Origin: Candidatus Woesebacteria bacterium
GTDB lineage: Bacteria; Patescibacteriota; Microgenomatia; UBA12405
Length of the DNA stretch: 64,000 bases
Reading direction: 5' to 3'
Assembly: GCA_035450165.1 (NCBI GenBank)
Contig: DAOTMI010000001.1
Location: 45,888 to 109,887 of the forward strand
A model generated the notes under the pieces. That model was given only the letters and a program-made list of their open reading frames with translations. It was not told the origin of the DNA and did no database searches. Below, piece by piece: positions 20,223-28,895 of the stretch (positions are counted from its first letter, which is position 1; every line of letters begins with the position of its first letter). The position numbers and the translations under genes are program-made.

Positions 20223-20512
20223 TGGTAAAGCATAAGACATTGCAGATATGTTGGAATGTGCGTACCTCAACTAATGCTTTGTATAGTCCAAATTATATTG
20301 ATCCCAAAAACCCAGCAAAATCTATGTATTCATATTATTTGAAACTAAAGGATAATATGATTTGGGGAACTGATGAGCCGTGGACTAAAAATATTAATTA
20401 TAAAAAAACTTATTCAGATGAGGTGAAGGTTATCGCTGATCTTTTTAAACTTTCGCCCGAAGCTATGATTCGAATTACTATCAAAAATTCTGAAAGATTT
20501 CTTTTTGGATAA
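20204..20512 (+). pseudogene. Probable C-terminal fragment of an amidohydrolase-family protein
   Basis: MIWGTDEPW...ITIKNSERFLFG resembles the amidohydrolase_2 C-terminus; N-terminal barrel missing. Confidence 0.45.
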
Positions 20513-20520
20513 TAATGAAC

Positions 20521-21066
20521 TTAAAATATACCTCTGACGGTGTCGAGGTCGCCGAGAGTTTGGTCTTTGTCGGAGACGATGTAGTCCATTTTGGGCCAAG
20601 TAATGGCAAGTTTTGGATCGTTGTAGATAATGCCGGATTCGGAAGTCTGATTGTAAAAATTGTCACACTTGTATTGAAAATCAGCAGTGTCGGAAAGGGC
20701 GACAAAACCATGGGCAAAACCCTGGGGAATAAAAAGCATTTGGTGATTTTCAGCGGATAATTCAAACATTTCAAATTGACCGAAAGTAGGGGAATTCTGA
20801 CGAATATCAACAGCGACATCAAGGACATTGCCGGCGGTGCAGCGAACTAATTTGGCTTGGGCAAAAGGCGGTTTTTGAAAGTGTAAACCACGAAGAACAC
20901 CTTTAACCGAATGGGAGTAATTGTCTTGGACAAATTTAGTGTCAATCCCGTTGGCGGCAAAAACTTTTTCATTGTAGGTTTCAAGAAAAAACCCACGGTC
21001 GTCACTGAAAACATCGGGAATCACCTTTATCAAATCGGGAATTTTATTAGAACGAATAAATTGCAT
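20521..21066 (-). CDS. rfbC: dTDP-4-dehydrorhamnose 3,5-epimerase (start adjusted to ATG 21066)
   Basis: DDRGFFLETY, FVQDNYS, GVLRGLHFQ, QAKLVRC, GFAHGF. Confidence 0.96.
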   Translation of the reverse strand: MQFIRSNKIPDLIKVIPDVFSDDRGFFLETYNEKVFAANGIDTKFVQDNYSHSVKGVLRGLHFQKPPFAQAKLVRCTAGNVLDVAVDIRQNSPTFGQFEMFELSAENHQMLFIPQGFAHGFVALSDTADFQYKCDNFYNQTSESGIIYNDPKLAITWPKMDYIVSDKDQTLGDLDTVRGIF

Positions 21067-21070
21067 AAAA

Positions 21071-22072
21071 TTATCTCCCGATTTTTTGATAAAATTTTTC
21101 CGCTTCCTCTTTAGCAGTCCGCCACCAAGCAAGATTATTTTGATACCAAGCTACCGTTAATTTAAGCGCTTCTTTAAAATCATATTGAGGTTCCCAATTT
21201 AACTCTCTTTTAATTTTTCCCCAATCTACGGCATATCTTCGATCATGGCCGGGTCGATCAGCCACAAATTCGATCTGATTCTCATCTTTTCCCATAATTT
21301 CCAAAATAGTTTTAGTCAAGGTTAAATTATTGATATTTTCGGTCATGCCGCCGACGCAATAAGTTTCACCAATCCTACCATTCATTAAAATTAATTCGAT
21401 CGCCCGGCAATGATCTTCGACATAAAGCCAGTCACGGACATACAAACCATCGCCGTAAACCGGCACTTTTTGGCCGGTTAATAAATTGGTAATTATTCGG
21501 GGAATAAATTTCTCCGGTGATTGATAAGGACCATAATTGTTGGAACAATTGGAAATAGTAATTGGTAATCCAAAAGAATGGTAAAAGGCTCGAACTAAAT
21601 GATCGGAAGCGGCCTTGCTGGCAGAATAAGGCGATCGAGGATCATAAACAGTCAATTCATTAAATCTTTGGGATGAATCTAAAGGCAAGGCTCCGAAAAC
21701 TTCATCGGTAGAAATATGATGAAACCGAATTTTTTTCTCAGCGGCGACATTCAACAGTGTAAATGTTCCTAAAACATTGGTCTGTAAAAATAATTCCGGA
21801 TCGGCCAGCGACCGGTCAACATGGGATTCAGCGGCAAAATGGACAATAGCCTCAACTCCTTCCATCGCTTGCCGGCAGACAGCCGAATCACCAATATCCC
21901 CCTTAATAAACTGATAATGAGAATTACCTTCCCAATCCTTTAAATTAGCCGGATTGGCGGCATAGGTAATTTTATCCAAATTAACGATAAAATCGTCGGG
22001 GTGGCGCCGCAACCAATAATGAATGAAATTCGAGCCGATAAAGCCCAGTCCACCGGTAACCAAAAGCTTCAT
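21071..22072 (-). CDS. rfbB: dTDP-glucose 4,6-dehydratase
   Basis: VTGGLGFIGSNF, HFAAESHVDRS, STDEV, YSASK, DRPGHDRRYA. Confidence 0.97.
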   Translation of the reverse strand: MKLLVTGGLGFIGSNFIHYWLRRHPDDFIVNLDKITYAANPANLKDWEGNSHYQFIKGDIGDSAVCRQAMEGVEAIVHFAAESHVDRSLADPELFLQTNVLGTFTLLNVAAEKKIRFHHISTDEVFGALPLDSSQRFNELTVYDPRSPYSASKAASDHLVRAFYHSFGLPITISNCSNNYGPYQSPEKFIPRIITNLLTGQKVPVYGDGLYVRDWLYVEDHCRAIELILMNGRIGETYCVGGMTENINNLTLTKTILEIMGKDENQIEFVADRPGHDRRYAVDWGKIKRELNWEPQYDFKEALKLTVAWYQNNLAWWRTAKEEAEKFYQKIGR

Positions 22073-22185
22073 ATGGAATTAGTATAACACCTGCTGTTCT
22101 CTAAGTTTAGGATATATTATTATTATACCATAATATTATAGGCTTGTCAAGAGCTAAATATTCACAGGATTAAATGTGTCTATTA

Positions 22186-22194
22186 TGTTATAAT
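22186..22194 (+). promoter_or_regulatory. Extended -10 promoter 5 nt before ATG 22200 (leaderless-type)
   Basis: TGtTATAAT then gcggc then ATG. Confidence 0.6.
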
Positions 22195-22199
22195 GCGGC

Positions 22200-22760
22200 A
22201 TGGTTGAAAGAAAAAATTTTTTACTCACCAAATTTAAATTTTTAACGGAACGACAAAAAGGTAGGGAAAAGCCGTTTTCGCCCCAATTCAACGAAGAAAA
22301 CCTGAAGTCAGATTTAGAAGAAGCAACAAAAAAGCTTCAAGCTAAAGTCTTAGTTCAAGGGGAACCAGTGGAAATTATAACTATTGTCAGTGGCGAAAAA
22401 TATCAACGGGATGATAGAGGTTTATCCCTAAAATGCCTTATCCACAAAAAGAATAAGGAAGATAAGACTATTCTTTTAAATCTGGTAACCTATAACGAAT
22501 ATAATAACGGCCCAAGCGAGCGACAGTTTTTAGAAATGATTTCTTTAGTTGAAGGAACTAAAAAAGGCTATCGTTTTGCCATTGACTTAAATGATTATCA
22601 CCAAATATATAATGAAACTATTGGAATTACCGTAGTTGAAAATTATGGCAAAATAGAACAAATACGGGAAACAAACATCGGTCGGGGTAAACCCATTCCT
22701 AACGAACACCCCTATTCTACTTTTATCAATACGGCTCGTTTAGTGCTTAAAAGTCGTTAG
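22200..22760 (+). CDS. Hypothetical protein
   Basis: 186-aa ORF filling the gap on the opposite strand with its own extended -10; no motif recognised. Confidence 0.65.
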   Translation: MVERKNFLLTKFKFLTERQKGREKPFSPQFNEENLKSDLEEATKKLQAKVLVQGEPVEIITIVSGEKYQRDDRGLSLKCLIHKKNKEDKTILLNLVTYNEYNNGPSERQFLEMISLVEGTKKGYRFAIDLNDYHQIYNETIGITVVENYGKIEQIRETNIGRGKPIPNEHPYSTFINTARLVLKSR

Positions 22761-22770
22761 TTAATTTTTC

Positions 22771-24162
22771 CTAAGGGATAGGTGTTGGAGAAATTGTCAC
22801 CCGCGGGGTAGGAGTTGCTTCTGGGGCAGCTTTAGCCGTCGGAGTAGCTGTCGATTGAGGAGTTACTATCGCTCCTGTTTTTAAATCAACCCCTATAAGA
22901 AAAACAGCATCGTAAGATGAGGTTGCTGGTAACTCTTCAAATTCAGCCTGAAAATCGGGTAATTTAGCTTTAAAATAAGAGGAAGCAGTGGCGATTTTTT
23001 CCTTAAGTCTAATAATATTGCCCTTGACATTTTCCTTACTGTTGCCGATAGCTACCGAAGTAAAACCCAATTTAGTTAACATCTCTTTTACCGCCGCCGC
23101 TTGACCGTTGATATCGGTGGCATTTAAAACCTGGATTTTAATATCTTTAGCTATTTCTGTTACTGATGGTGTCGGTGTCGTTGTTAGCTCTACTTCTTCT
23201 CTCTGTTCTTTAACTGCTGTTGGTCCTACTGGTGAACTTACCTCTGGAGTTCGATTACGGTTGAGAATAAACCAAATAACAATCGAGGCAATTGCCGCTG
23301 TTACAATAAAAACGGCGATAATAGGAAGATAATTTTTTCGATTTTCCATAGCTGGTCTAATTATAACACGGGGTAGAGAACCAAATAAACCCAGAACTGG
23401 TAAGGGAATATTGCCGGCTTTCCTCCATTCCCGAGCAATTTGAACTTCATCATAAGGAGTTTTGTCTAAAACCGAAGTAGCATTAAGTTCCAGTTCAAAC
23501 TGGCTTGGCACGAAAATTTTAGAAATAGGATGGGAAAAATATAAGCCAGCATAATTAATAATTTTTTGGATATCTAAACTTGTCCCTTTTAATCCGGCGG
23601 TTAAATAAACTTTCTCCTTGTCTGCCAAAAAGAGGGTATATTCATTTTTAGCTATAGGGTAAATTAAAAAATATTCGCCAGCAAAAAATCCAGAGATTAC
23701 TCGAGAAACAGCTGTAGAAACCGTTTCAAATGATAAGGGATTGAAGGCTAATTGAGTCAAATTAGCTTTAAGAACTTCCATTTTGATCTTGTTACCAATA
23801 GAAGCTCGAATAAGAGTCTTATCTGTTCCTGGAAATAATTCATAATTAAGATATTGAGGATCAATTTTAAAAGGAATAAAACTTTCGGCTAGACTAATGA
23901 CTTCTTTCTTCTCGATGGTTTTAATAACCGAATCGTAAATAAACGATTTGGTAATAATCACATCATCATCAACTAAAACCACTCCTTCTTTTAAACCCTG
24001 CTGGTTAACAAAAGCAGTTAAGGGAGCTAAATCTTCAACCGAGTGGGGCTCAAATAGATTTAAATCCCAGTTAAAAACATTATTTTCCTTCCGGTCGAAA
24101 TAAAGATTAACGCTTTTTCTCTTGACCCAAAGAACCACTTTAGGCTTAGCAAATAATGACAT
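22771..24162 (-). CDS. Membrane-anchored protein: PilM-like N-terminal region, TM helix, LytR C-terminal domain, T/P-rich tail
   Basis: IKIQVLNATDINGQAAAVKEMLTKLGF..IGN (LytR_C); TM YLPIIAVFIVTAAIASIVIWFIL; likely start ATG 24162 after TACTAT. Confidence 0.7.
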   Translation of the reverse strand: MSLFAKPKVVLWVKRKSVNLYFDRKENNVFNWDLNLFEPHSVEDLAPLTAFVNQQGLKEGVVLVDDDVIITKSFIYDSVIKTIEKKEVISLAESFIPFKIDPQYLNYELFPGTDKTLIRASIGNKIKMEVLKANLTQLAFNPLSFETVSTAVSRVISGFFAGEYFLIYPIAKNEYTLFLADKEKVYLTAGLKGTSLDIQKIINYAGLYFSHPISKIFVPSQFELELNATSVLDKTPYDEVQIAREWRKAGNIPLPVLGLFGSLPRVIIRPAMENRKNYLPIIAVFIVTAAIASIVIWFILNRNRTPEVSSPVGPTAVKEQREEVELTTTPTPSVTEIAKDIKIQVLNATDINGQAAAVKEMLTKLGFTSVAIGNSKENVKGNIIRLKEKIATASSYFKAKLPDFQAEFEELPATSSYDAVFLIGVDLKTGAIVTPQSTATPTAKAAPEATPTPRVTISPTPIP

Positions 24163-24188
24163 CTCTCTTATAGTATGATGAAAAAATC

Positions 24189-24668
24189 CTACCAACGCAA
24201 GTGGGCAAAAGCTTTGTTGGCTTCTGCCATTCTTTCGACCTCTACCCGTTTAGCCACTGCTGTTCCTTCACCCTTTAGCGCCAACTTAATCTCATCAGCC
24301 AATTTTTCTGAAAAGGTATGGAATTGCTTATTAGCTTTAGCTCGAGCGGACTGAATTAACCACCGAATCGCCAAAGAATTTTGGCGATTGCTTTTTACCG
24401 GTGTCGGTACTTGATAAACTGCTCCACCAATACGACGCGGTCGAACTTCCACTTTTGGTCGAATATTATCCAAGGCCTGTTCTAATAACATTAGCGCTTC
24501 ATCACCCATTTCTTTTTCCACCATAGCCAAGGCTTGATAGACCTGTTTCATGGCAACTTTTTTCTTACCGTCAAACATAGCTCCATGAATTATTTTACTG
24601 ACTGTCACCGAATTATAAATCGCCTCCGGCTCTATTTTCCTTACTTTAGCTCGACCTTTACGTGACAT
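24189..24668 (-). CDS. rpsG: 30S ribosomal protein S7
   Basis: DGKKKVA, EVRPRRIGGAVYQVP, MAEANKAFAHLRW. Confidence 0.98.
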   Translation of the reverse strand: MSRKGRAKVRKIEPEAIYNSVTVSKIIHGAMFDGKKKVAMKQVYQALAMVEKEMGDEALMLLEQALDNIRPKVEVRPRRIGGAVYQVPTPVKSNRQNSLAIRWLIQSARAKANKQFHTFSEKLADEIKLALKGEGTAVAKRVEVERMAEANKAFAHLRW

Positions 24669-24674
24669 AAGCTT

Positions 24675-24735
24675 AATTTAAAATTTAAAATTTAAAATAA
24701 TTAAAATTCTCGAGATTTTTAATTTTTAATTCGTA
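24675..24735. repeat. AT-rich heptamer repeats between rpsL and rpsG
   Basis: (AATTTAA)x3 at 24675-24695 and ATTTTTA/ATTTTTA/ATTCGTA at 24715-24735, roughly inverted about CTCGAG. Confidence 0.7.
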
Positions 24736-24736
24736 A

Positions 24737-25156
24737 TTAATTACCGGCTCCCGGGCGTTTAGTCCCGTAGCGGGAACGGCTTTGTTTCCGACCAACCACT
24801 CCAGCGGCATCAAAACGACCTCGGATAATATGGTAACGAATACCGGGCAAATCACGAACCCGGCCACCGCGAACGGTAACAATACCGTGTTCAGCCAAAT
24901 TATGACCAACGCCGGGAATATAAGCTGTTACTGAAGCCCGATTACTTAACTTTACTTTACAAACTTTACGTAAGGCTGAATTAGGTTTTTTAGGCGTCAT
25001 AGTTTTAACTACCGTAATTACCCCTTTTTTAATCGGATTAAAGCTGGAAACCCGCTTGTTTTCTCGGCTATTAAAAGTACCCCGAAGAGCCGATGCCTTA
25101 ACCCGCTTAGGTTTTTGTTTTCGTCCTTTTCTAATTAATTGATTAAATGTAGGCAC
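24737..25156 (-). CDS. rpsL: 30S ribosomal protein S12 (GTG start)
   Basis: [29 protein letters not shown]. Confidence 0.98.
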   Translation of the reverse strand: MPTFNQLIRKGRKQKPKRVKASALRGTFNSRENKRVSSFNPIKKGVITVVKTMTPKKPNSALRKVCKVKLSNRASVTAYIPGVGHNLAEHGIVTVRGGRVRDLPGIRYHIIRGRFDAAGVVGRKQSRSRYGTKRPGAGN

Positions 25157-25169
25157 TCTAAACTAATTT

Positions 25170-28100
25170 CTAATTTTTAATTTCTACTGGAATTAATCTG
25201 CCGATAATAACATTTTCCTTCAAACCAATCAAGTGATCCACTTCGGCTAATAATGAAGCTTCGGTTAAAACAGAGGTAGTTTGTTGGAATGAAGCCGCCG
25301 ACAACCAAGAACCAGTGGTAAGGGCCGCTTGAATCAAACCCAAAAGAACTTTTCGACCTTTAGCTGGTTCACCGCCCTTTTCTTTCAATTTATCATTGGC
25401 TTCGGTATAAATCGCCCGGGTAACAATCTGACCGTAAATAAAATTAGTATCACCCGGATCTTCAATTTTTATTTTGTCACTCATTTCTTTAATAATCACC
25501 TCGATATGTTTATCGTGAATAACAATCCCCTGGGATTCGTAAACAAACTGAATATTATTAATCAGATACCGCTGGGCTGCTTCCAAACCTTTAATATTTA
25601 AGACCTCCCGCACATCCAAGGAACCCGAACATAACTGAGTACCGGCAATAACTAAATCGCCGTCGGCCACCATAAGATTAGTATTAATGGGAACTGCATA
25701 GGTAATAATCTTCTTATGGCCATTATCATCTTTGCCTGTCAATTTTATCTCGTAATTATCAAGATTTTCTTTAATTGAAATCCGGCCATCAATCTCCGCA
25801 ATTGGCGAAGGCAATTTCGGAGTTCTTATCTCGAATAATTCTTGAACCCTAGGTAAATCTTGAGTAACATCGACTCCGATTACTCCCCCGCTATGCTTAG
25901 TTCTTAAAGTTAACTGGGTTCCCGGTTCACCAATAGATTGGGCTCCGATAACTCCTACTGGAACTCCGATTTTTACCATTTTACGGGTTGACATATCCCA
26001 ACCATAACATTTTTGACAAAGACCATTTAAAGATCGACAAGTTAAAGGTGAATAAACATTAACTGCTGAAACATTGCTACTTTCAATCAAGGCTCCTAAT
26101 CGAGAATCGATTATGTCACCAACTTTAGCTATAACCTTGTTCGTCTTTGGATCAACTACTTCTGACGCTAAAACTCGGCCCAAAATTCGCCGGGCAAAAG
26201 ACCGCTCTCGACCTTTATCATTTTTTTCAATGGTTAAAAACTTGGTGGTTCCGCAATCTTTTTCCCTAATAATTGCAGCATGGGCGGCGTCAACCAACCG
26301 GCGAGTTAAATAACCGGCGTCAGCCGTTTTTAAGGCCGTATCGGCCAAACCTTTTCTTGCTCCCCGTGCCCCAGTTACATACTCAAAAACCGATAAACCT
26401 TCACGAAAATTAGATTTAGTTGGCAGTTGAACAATTTCACCCATTGGATCAACCACTAATCCCCGTATACCTGAAAGTTGCTTAATTTGATCCTTCGAAG
26501 CCCGCTTAATTCCTGCGGCTGAGATAATCCGAATAGGTGAATCGGTAGCTAAAGTCGCCCATGTTTTTTCGGCAATTTCCTCAGTTACACTCATCCATAA
26601 AGTCTGACACAAACGCTTTTTCTCCCCATTCGTAATTAAGCCCATCTTATAATTTCCCTCAATTTCGGCAATTTTTTTATTAGTTTCAGCAATAATTTGA
26701 TCCTTTTCCTTTAAATACCCACAATCTTCCATCGCCAACGACAGCCCAGAAAGGGTAAAACCCTTGAAACCTATATCTTTTAAATCGTCAATCAGATGAA
26801 CTGTCCGCAGGCGGCCACATTTCTCCATTGTTTTAAAAATCAAATCATTCATTGATTTGCTTCCAGCTACCGGTTCGTTAATATATTCAAAATTTTCCGG
26901 TAAAATAGAATTAAACCAAATCCGACCGTAAGTAGTTCTTAAAAGTTGACCATTAATTCGTACCATAATTAATTCCCTCAAACCGATTTTACCTGCTTCG
27001 TAGGCTAACTGAGCTTCTGTTTTATCACTTAAAACCGGTAAATCTTTAAACTCTTCGTCCTTTTCTTTTTCTAAATCTTCCGATCTAACCGAAGTAAAAT
27101 AGTAACAACCCACCGCCATTTCTTGCGAGGGAACAGAAATAGGCGAACCATCAGCTGGCTTTAAGAGATTACGAGAAGGTACCATCAACTCTTTAGCTTC
27201 CTTTTGGGATGATTCTGAGAGGGGTAAATAAACTCCCATTTGATCGCCGTCAAAATCGGCATTAAAACCTCGACAAACACAGGGGTGAAGACGAATAGCT
27301 AAACCATCTACCAAAATCGGTCTAAAGGCTTGAATGGAAAGTTTATGGAGTGTTGGCGCCCGATTTAACAAAACATAACTTTTCTTTGTAACTTTCTCCA
27401 AAATATCATAAACCTCATTGACTCGATGATCAACTAAATTTTTAGCACTTTTAATATTGGGGGCAATTCCGCTGGTAATTAATTCTCTAAGAACAAAAGG
27501 CCGATACATTTCCAAGGCAATCTCCTTAGGTAAACCAACTTGATTGAGTTTTAAATCCGGACCGACAACAATGACCGAACGGCCGGAATAATCAACCCGT
27601 TTACCTAAAAGATTTCTTCTGAAACGTCCTTTCTTTCCCCGCAACATATCAGACAATGACCGAGGTAAACGTTTACTGCCCTTGCGTTTATTCCTAGCAC
27701 TCTTTTGAGCATCAATTAAAATATCGACCGATTCTTGAAGCATTCTTTTCTCATTTTTAAGAATTATTTCCGGTGCTCCTAATTTCAATAATTTTTTGAG
27801 ACGATTATTCCGATTAATTAAACGGCGATACAAATCGTTTAAATCAGAAGTCGCAAAACGACCGCCAGTTAGCTGCACCATTGGCCGCAGATCAGGCGGT
27901 ATCACTGGAATATTTCGCAATACCATCCACCCTGGCTCAATACCGTTCTCAATCATCCCGTTTAAAATGCGAATTTTATACATAATTTTCTTTTTCTTCA
28001 AACGGGAAGAGGTTTTGCCCAATTCCTTCTTTAGATTTACAACTATTGCCGATAATTCTAATGTTTCCAAAACTTCCAAAATAGCTTCAGCTCCCATTTT

Positions 28101-28895
28101 CGCCTGATAAAAAAGATCGGCTTTAAACTGTCCCAAATAAAAATTTTCTTCCTCGGTTAAAGTAGTTAGAGTGGTAATACTATTAATTCTTTCCTTGAGA
28201 TATTTGGTTAAATTGTCCAACCGGCTTTTCTCTGTCAAGGCTTTATTTTCTAAACGCTGAATCTCCTGCTTAAGGCGAACCTCTTGTTCTTCCTGAGCAA
28301 TATTTAACTGATCTTTATTTTTAATCTGTTCCTTTAATTCCTTCTTTTCTTCAATTATCGACTTGGTAGTAGCTTCAATGGCTTCTTTGGTCTTTTTCTC
28401 AATCATTTGGTATTCCTTACCTAAATTTGTTTCTAAATTAACCAAAGCTTCTTTTCTTTTATCGTTATCAACCGCCGTAACCAAATATTTAGTAAAATAA
28501 ACAACCGCTTCAATCTCTTTTTGGGGAATATCTAAAATAATACTTAAAGGTGAAGGAGTACTTCTTAGATACCATAAATGAACTACTGGAGCAGCTAACG
28601 CAATATGTCCCATTCGCTCCCGACGAACTTTGGAAGTGGTTACTTCAACACCACAACGGTCACAAACAACTCCCTTAAATCGAATCTTTTTATACTTGCC
28701 GCAATAACATTCATAATCTCGGGATGGTCCAAAAATTTTTTCACAAAATAGTCCGTCTTTTTCCGGCCGCCAAGAGCGATAATTAATTGTTTCAGGTTTA
28801 ATTACCTCCCCGTGGGACCATTCTTTTACCGCTTCCGGTGAAGCTAATTTAATCTGTAAACCAGAAAAATCAATAATATTTTTAAAATTAAACAT
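25170..28895 (-). CDS. rpoC: DNA-directed RNA polymerase beta' subunit
   Basis: Zn finger CYCGKYK..CDRC, NADFDGDQM, KTADAGYLTRRL, SIGEPGTQLT. Confidence 0.99.
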   Translation of the reverse strand: MFNFKNIIDFSGLQIKLASPEAVKEWSHGEVIKPETINYRSWRPEKDGLFCEKIFGPSRDYECYCGKYKKIRFKGVVCDRCGVEVTTSKVRRERMGHIALAAPVVHLWYLRSTPSPLSIILDIPQKEIEAVVYFTKYLVTAVDNDKRKEALVNLETNLGKEYQMIEKKTKEAIEATTKSIIEEKKELKEQIKNKDQLNIAQEEQEVRLKQEIQRLENKALTEKSRLDNLTKYLKERINSITTLTTLTEEENFYLGQFKADLFYQAKMGAEAILEVLETLELSAIVVNLKKELGKTSSRLKKKKIMYKIRILNGMIENGIEPGWMVLRNIPVIPPDLRPMVQLTGGRFATSDLNDLYRRLINRNNRLKKLLKLGAPEIILKNEKRMLQESVDILIDAQKSARNKRKGSKRLPRSLSDMLRGKKGRFRRNLLGKRVDYSGRSVIVVGPDLKLNQVGLPKEIALEMYRPFVLRELITSGIAPNIKSAKNLVDHRVNEVYDILEKVTKKSYVLLNRAPTLHKLSIQAFRPILVDGLAIRLHPCVCRGFNADFDGDQMGVYLPLSESSQKEAKELMVPSRNLLKPADGSPISVPSQEMAVGCYYFTSVRSEDLEKEKDEEFKDLPVLSDKTEAQLAYEAGKIGLRELIMVRINGQLLRTTYGRIWFNSILPENFEYINEPVAGSKSMNDLIFKTMEKCGRLRTVHLIDDLKDIGFKGFTLSGLSLAMEDCGYLKEKDQIIAETNKKIAEIEGNYKMGLITNGEKKRLCQTLWMSVTEEIAEKTWATLATDSPIRIISAAGIKRASKDQIKQLSGIRGLVVDPMGEIVQLPTKSNFREGLSVFEYVTGARGARKGLADTALKTADAGYLTRRLVDAAHAAIIREKDCGTTKFLTIEKNDKGRERSFARRILGRVLASEVVDPKTNKVIAKVGDIIDSRLGALIESSNVSAVNVYSPLTCRSLNGLCQKCYGWDMSTRKMVKIGVPVGVIGAQSIGEPGTQLTLRTKHSGGVIGVDVTQDLPRVQELFEIRTPKLPSPIAEIDGRISIKENLDNYEIKLTGKDDNGHKKIITYAVPINTNLMVADGDLVIAGTQLCSGSLDVREVLNIKGLEAAQRYLINNIQFVYESQGIVIHDKHIEVIIKEMSDKIKIEDPGDTNFIYGQIVTRAIYTEANDKLKEKGGEPAKGRKVLLGLIQAALTTGSWLSAASFQQTTSVLTEASLLAEVDHLIGLKENVIIGRLIPVEIKN

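Noticed and set aside
24685-24909. 74-aa minus-strand ORF overlapping rpsL
   Set aside because: Alternative frame of rpsL ending in heptamer low-complexity sequence (NYELKIKN).
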